A stretch of 26,851 bases of DNA, taken from a virus (lineage: Duplodnaviria > Caudoviricetes). Each line of letters starts with the position of its first letter. The stretch's first letter is position 1. The notes beneath the pieces are model-generated. The model was given only the letters and a program-made list of their open reading frames with translations, searched no databases and was not told where the DNA came from. This document shows positions 23,000 through 26,851 of this stretch, in pieces. The translations under genes were made by a program, and so were the position numbers. The stretch is from IMG/VR virus record IMGVR_UViG_3300011439_000040, positions 1 to 26,851 of that record, one strand, 5' to 3'.

Positions 23000-23631
23000 T
23001 AGTCCGTCGCGCTCCAGTGGTGGCCGTCCCGCCCCGTGTACCTCATGTAGCCAGCCGTTATGGCTTGGCCCATAGGGTGCGACCAGCTATTCGCTGACTG
23101 CGGGACGATGAAGCCCCGGCTCCGCAGATCAGCGAACGCGGCGTGGCTGTAGGCCCAGTACGTCGAGGACATGAACTGCATCCAGCCCCCGCAGCCGCTG
23201 CCCTGGCTGTTCATCACGAAGCGTCCCCATCCGCCCTCGCGGCTGCTGATCGTCTTCAGCCAACTCGACGTTCCGGGGTAGACGCGCTGCACCAGACGGA
23301 CGGAGGTGAGCCAGTCCCAGTTGGCGGGGAGGGTGCGTCGCGACAGCGTCCGTTCGCAGCCGCGCTCCCGCTTCTTCCAGAGGTTCACCGTCCAGCGACG
23401 GTAGGGAGTCGAGGCGGGGAGTGCCCAGATGCTCTCCGACGCCTTCGAGCGTGTGACGTTAAGGGCATCCTGGCACTTCCAGGTCTGAAGCCTCAGGTAG
23501 CCGATCCTCTTGGCGAGCGCCTTCTGCTCTGACTGGCGAGAGATCTCACTGCTCAACGGCTTCGGTTTTGCCATAGCGGTAGGGACGAGCAATGCTGCTA
23601 GAACCGTGGCGGCTAGTAGAATCATCCGCAT
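22996..23631 (-). CDS. Secreted lytic transglycosylase (SLT/Rpf-like)
   Basis: Signal peptide MRMILLAATVLAALLVPTAMA; ISSREGG, GWMQFMSSTY, QAITAG, HHWS. Confidence 0.75.
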   Translation of the reverse strand: MRMILLAATVLAALLVPTAMAKPKPLSSEISRQSEQKALAKRIGYLRLQTWKCQDALNVTRSKASESIWALPASTPYRRWTVNLWKKRERGCERTLSRRTLPANWDWLTSVRLVQRVYPGTSSWLKTISSREGGWGRFVMNSQGSGCGGWMQFMSSTYWAYSHAAFADLRSRGFIVPQSANSWSHPMGQAITAGYMRYTGRDGHHWSATDY

Positions 23632-23761
23632 CGGGTCACCTCCGATGTGTCGGGCGAGGGCCAGGGTCTTCTAAAGAGGCACCAGTGCGTAGCGGCGACG
23701 GGTCACCTCAAAGGCGACCCTGGCTCACGTCTGTGTGGGTAAGGGCCTATCCTAGCCCTAG

Positions 23762-25378
23762 ATGACGACGGTCGAACTCGGAGAGCAGCAGGAAGCCTAC
23801 GAGATCGCCAAGGTCCGCTTCGAGAAGATGGAGCGCGAGCGGGAGGCGGCGAAGCTCGCTCCACAGTTCCTGCTCGAACACGCCTCCGCCACCGACGCGA
23901 GGACGGGCGAGGTCTTCAGCTTCGACTTCGGCGACGACTCGGGCTGGGCCTGGCAGGGGGACGTGCTGGACGACTTCCGCATGCACCAGATCACGCTGGC
24001 CCTGAAAGCCCGGCAGCTTGGGATCTCATGGATCGCCATCGGCTACGCGCTCTGGAAGGTACTGACGACGCCGGGCACCAACGCGCTCGCCGTCTCGATC
24101 AACGAGACGGAGGCGTCGGTCCTGATCAACCGCGCCTGGGACCTGTTCGAGTCCCTCCCCGAGCATCTCAAGTTCGAGGTCGAGGTGATCCGACCACAGA
24201 AGGGCAGGCCGTCAACGAGGATCGAGCTTCGCCACCCGAACGGGCAGATCTCCTCCCTGATCGCGATGCCCTCGACCCCGAAGGCCGGGCACGGGCAGGT
24301 CGCCACGCTCGTCATCCTCGATGAGCATGCCCGTCACGCCTACGCCGAGGAAGGGTGGAAGGCGTTCGTCCCCGTCATCGCCGACGGCGGACAGATCATC
24401 ATCATCTCCACCGCCAACGGGATCGGCGGCACCTTCTACGAACTGTGGATGAACGCCGACGACAGAGGCGTCCACACGATCTTCCTGCCCTGGAACTACC
24501 ACCCCAGACGGGACGAGAACTGGTACGCGAGGGTGGCGAAGGCGCTGCCCGAGTTCGACCGCGCCGAGCAGTACCCGCTCACCCCCGCTGACGCCTTCCT
24601 CGGCACGGCAGGCTGCTGGTTCGACTCCGAGGCGCTCTCCTGGTACGCGGCCAAGACGCGCAAGCCCGAGTACCGCTTCCGTTTCCACGTGGAAACGGAC
24701 GGCAAGAAGGCGTCGGTGGTGCGGTCGAAGGACGGCTGGATCCACCTCTTCGACCAGCCGATCCAGGGCCGCGAGTACGCCCTCTCCATCGACGTGGCGA
24801 CCGGGCGCGGCAAGGACTACACGTGCATGTACGTGATCGACCTGACCAACGGGAACATCGCGGCGGAGTTCCACGCCCGGATCGACCCCGACCTCGCCGC
24901 CGAGCAGGCCCACTTCCTGGGCAGAATGTTCAACACCGCCCGGATCGCCCCAGAGATGGGCGGCGGCTACGGCGAACCCGTGGTCTTGAGTCTTCGGGAT
25001 GGGAGGAAAGGACGGCCTCCCTACCCGAAGCTCTACCGCCACCGGATCGAGGACCGCCCGGACTTCAAGCAGCACATCACCTACGGGTTCCCGATCACCA
25101 CCAAGACCCGGCCTCAGATCATCAACCAGGCCGAGCAGTGGATCCGCGAGCGCACCTTGCCGCACATGCCCGAGTCGCTGATCCTCGAATGCAAGACCTT
25201 CGTCCGCCGCGACGTGAGTCCCTCGCCGAGGGCTGCCGACGGCGCGAATGACGACCGCGTGATGGCTCTCTGCCTGGCGCTGGAGCTATATCGGATCTAC
25301 GGGCACCACGCGCACGACAACCGCAAGCGGGTCAAGAAGCGGCGCAAGCAGTATCGTTCGCAGTACGAGTGGGAGTGA
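23762..25378 (+). CDS. terL: Terminase large subunit
   Basis: LKARQLGIS (Walker A), VILDE (Walker B), ISTANG, IDVATGRGKDY, NDDRVMA. Confidence 0.95.
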   Translation: MTTVELGEQQEAYEIAKVRFEKMEREREAAKLAPQFLLEHASATDARTGEVFSFDFGDDSGWAWQGDVLDDFRMHQITLALKARQLGISWIAIGYALWKVLTTPGTNALAVSINETEASVLINRAWDLFESLPEHLKFEVEVIRPQKGRPSTRIELRHPNGQISSLIAMPSTPKAGHGQVATLVILDEHARHAYAEEGWKAFVPVIADGGQIIIISTANGIGGTFYELWMNADDRGVHTIFLPWNYHPRRDENWYARVAKALPEFDRAEQYPLTPADAFLGTAGCWFDSEALSWYAAKTRKPEYRFRFHVETDGKKASVVRSKDGWIHLFDQPIQGREYALSIDVATGRGKDYTCMYVIDLTNGNIAAEFHARIDPDLAAEQAHFLGRMFNTARIAPEMGGGYGEPVVLSLRDGRKGRPPYPKLYRHRIEDRPDFKQHITYGFPITTKTRPQIINQAEQWIRERTLPHMPESLILECKTFVRRDVSPSPRAADGANDDRVMALCLALELYRIYGHHAHDNRKRVKKRRKQYRSQYEWE

Positions 25379-25431
25379 GCCGTCTGGCTGCTTCCCTACG
25401 ATCAGGCTGATCCCGAGACTGAGGAGTGACC

Positions 25432-25821
25432 GTGAGCCAGATGATGGATCCAGCCATGATGGGACCACCACCGGAGGCTCCGATGGAAGCCCCGATGGGT
25501 CCGCCCCCGGAGATGGGTGGTGGTGGCGGAATCCCCGAGCAGCTTGCTGCCGCGCTCGGTGGCGGCGGCGGGATGAACTCGACCGACCTGCTCGCGCAGG
25601 GGCCGCTGGCAGGCGAGGAGCAGTCAGCCGAGGACGAGATCGCCGAGGAAGACCCGCTGACGATGGTGAGGGACGCCATCGCGCTGCTTCGCAAGGCGGG
25701 TGACATCGAGCCGGACGACCAGCGCAGCCACATGATCGACAAGGTGCAGGCGGATCTGCAGAAGATCCTCGCATCCGAGTCGCAGAAGACGGACAAGCTG
25801 CGGTCTGCGCTCGGTGGCTAA
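25432..25821 (+). CDS. Hypothetical M/P/G-rich protein between terL and portal
   Basis: GAGGAG SD 5 nt before the GTG at 25432. Confidence 0.7.
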   Translation: MSQMMDPAMMGPPPEAPMEAPMGPPPEMGGGGGIPEQLAAALGGGGGMNSTDLLAQGPLAGEEQSAEDEIAEEDPLTMVRDAIALLRKAGDIEPDDQRSHMIDKVQADLQKILASESQKTDKLRSALGG

Positions 25822-26851
25822 GGAAGACCTCACCGACCCGTACGAGCCGACTCTCGAATACCGAGACGCTCTCTCGATGGTCGTCGCGGCGCAGGAGCAG
25901 GCCGAGCAGTTCTCGCAGAACTACGTGGACAAGGTCGAGCGCCGCTACCGCGCCTACAGGGGCATGGCCGAGTTGAAGGTGGCCGAGGGCGAGGAGTGGC
26001 GCTCCAACCTGACCACGCCGTACATCCTCCAGACCATCGAGGGGATGATCGCGACGATGCTCGACCCGAACCCGATGTGGAACGTGACCCCTCGCCCCCA
26101 GCCCTTCGAGCCACTGGAAGTGATCATGGCGCGGCTAGGCGGGGGCGAGATCGCGAGCCAAGCCTTGCAGTGGGCGATGGACAACGACGACTTCCCGATG
26201 AAGCAGCGGCCCTTCATGCAGCAGGATCTCGTCGCCGGGAAGACCGTCGCCAAGATCGGCTGGCGCACGAAGAAGACCAAGAGGATGGTGCTGACTCCGG
26301 TGGAGGCGCAGATCCTCGACCAGTTCGGCGACGTGATCCACAGCTTCCCCTCCACGCAGGAGGAGGAGCAGATGGTCACCATCTTCGACGGCCCGACGAT
26401 GACCGTCCGCGACGTGCGCGACTTCTTCCGGCCCGAGTCGGCGCACAACATCGATGACGCCGCCTGGGTGATCGACCGCTCCTGGCAGACCTATGACGCG
26501 CTCTACAAGATGCAGGTCGCCGGGCTGTACAAGAACTGCGAGCAGTTGAAGGAGACGCAGAACATCGCCGCGCAGACCGGGTACGGGGAGCGCGAGCAGA
26601 TCCTCAGAAACCAGGACCGCACCAAGGGCCTCGTTGAGGTGCTGGAGTACTGGACCGACGAGCGCGTGATCACCGTCGGCAACCGCCGCGTCGTCCTGCA
26701 GGACATCCCGAACCCCTACCGCCACGGGCGGAAGCCGTTCGTCGTCACCTCGGCGATGCCGGACGCCTTCCAGATGGACGGCATCTCGGTCGTCGAGGCG
26801 CTCGCGCAACTCCAGCAGATGCTCTGGACGATCCAGAACCAGCGGATCGAC
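25814..26851 (+). CDS. Portal protein, P22-like (3'-truncated; absent from ORF track)
   Basis: Open to the window end: MAKEDLTDPY..YRAYRG..WRSNLTTPY..DLVAGKTVAKIGW..VEVLEYW..NPYRHGRKPF..GISVVEALAQLQQ; follows terL. Confidence 0.85.
   Translation, partial: MAKEDLTDPYEPTLEYRDALSMVVAAQEQAEQFSQNYVDKVERRYRAYRGMAELKVAEGEEWRSNLTTPYILQTIEGMIATMLDPNPMWNVTPRPQPFEPLEVIMARLGGGEIASQALQWAMDNDDFPMKQRPFMQQDLVAGKTVAKIGWRTKKTKRMVLTPVEAQILDQFGDVIHSFPSTQEEEQMVTIFDGPTMTVRDVRDFFRPESAHNIDDAAWVIDRSWQTYDALYKMQVAGLYKNCEQLKETQNIAAQTGYGEREQILRNQDRTKGLVEVLEYWTDERVITVGNRRVVLQDIPNPYRHGRKPFVVTSAMPDAFQMDGISVVEALAQLQQMLWTIQNQRID

Noticed and set aside
23640-23745. c-di-AMP (ydaO) riboswitch
   Set aside because: Conserved GAAUC, GGGGAACC and GUCAGCUAAC elements are absent.

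Overview
This window is a high-GC tailed-phage genome segment. The host is probably actinobacterial, inferred from TANNNT -10 boxes and apparently leaderless genes. It opens in the 3' end of a virion SLT+NlpC/P60 hydrolase (+) and then covers a ~15 kb leftward early arm: LexA-like and LuxR HTH proteins, HNH, Cas4/RecB-like nuclease, SSB, DUF932, GP88-like protein and many small Zn-finger or unknown genes. A palindrome-rich junction follows (~16.3-17.5 kb), then a mostly rightward arm with an RHH protein, an Acb2/Tad1-like protein, VRR-NUC, M23 lysin, holin, terminase large subunit and a truncated P22-type portal. The most striking content is non-coding. (1) The 9-mer ACACGGAGG (minus strand) occurs 17 times by my manual count; 16 copies are extended ribosome-binding sites of leftward genes and none serves a rightward gene. 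(2) The 17th copy is the loop of a 14-bp hairpin at 7374-7414 behind a candidate rightward promoter, suggesting one small RNA antisense to all 16 RBSs. (3) Two diverged copies of a 330-400 nt structured RNA with compensatory base changes lie at 11355-11686 and 15818-16216, each behind a matching promoter/operator, with a possible third relative at 7005-7280. (4) Short covarying hairpin cassettes, one with a tRNA-like element, precede individual early genes. Together these suggest an RNA-based master control system for early gene expression. All calls are by eye; no database searches or folding programs were run.
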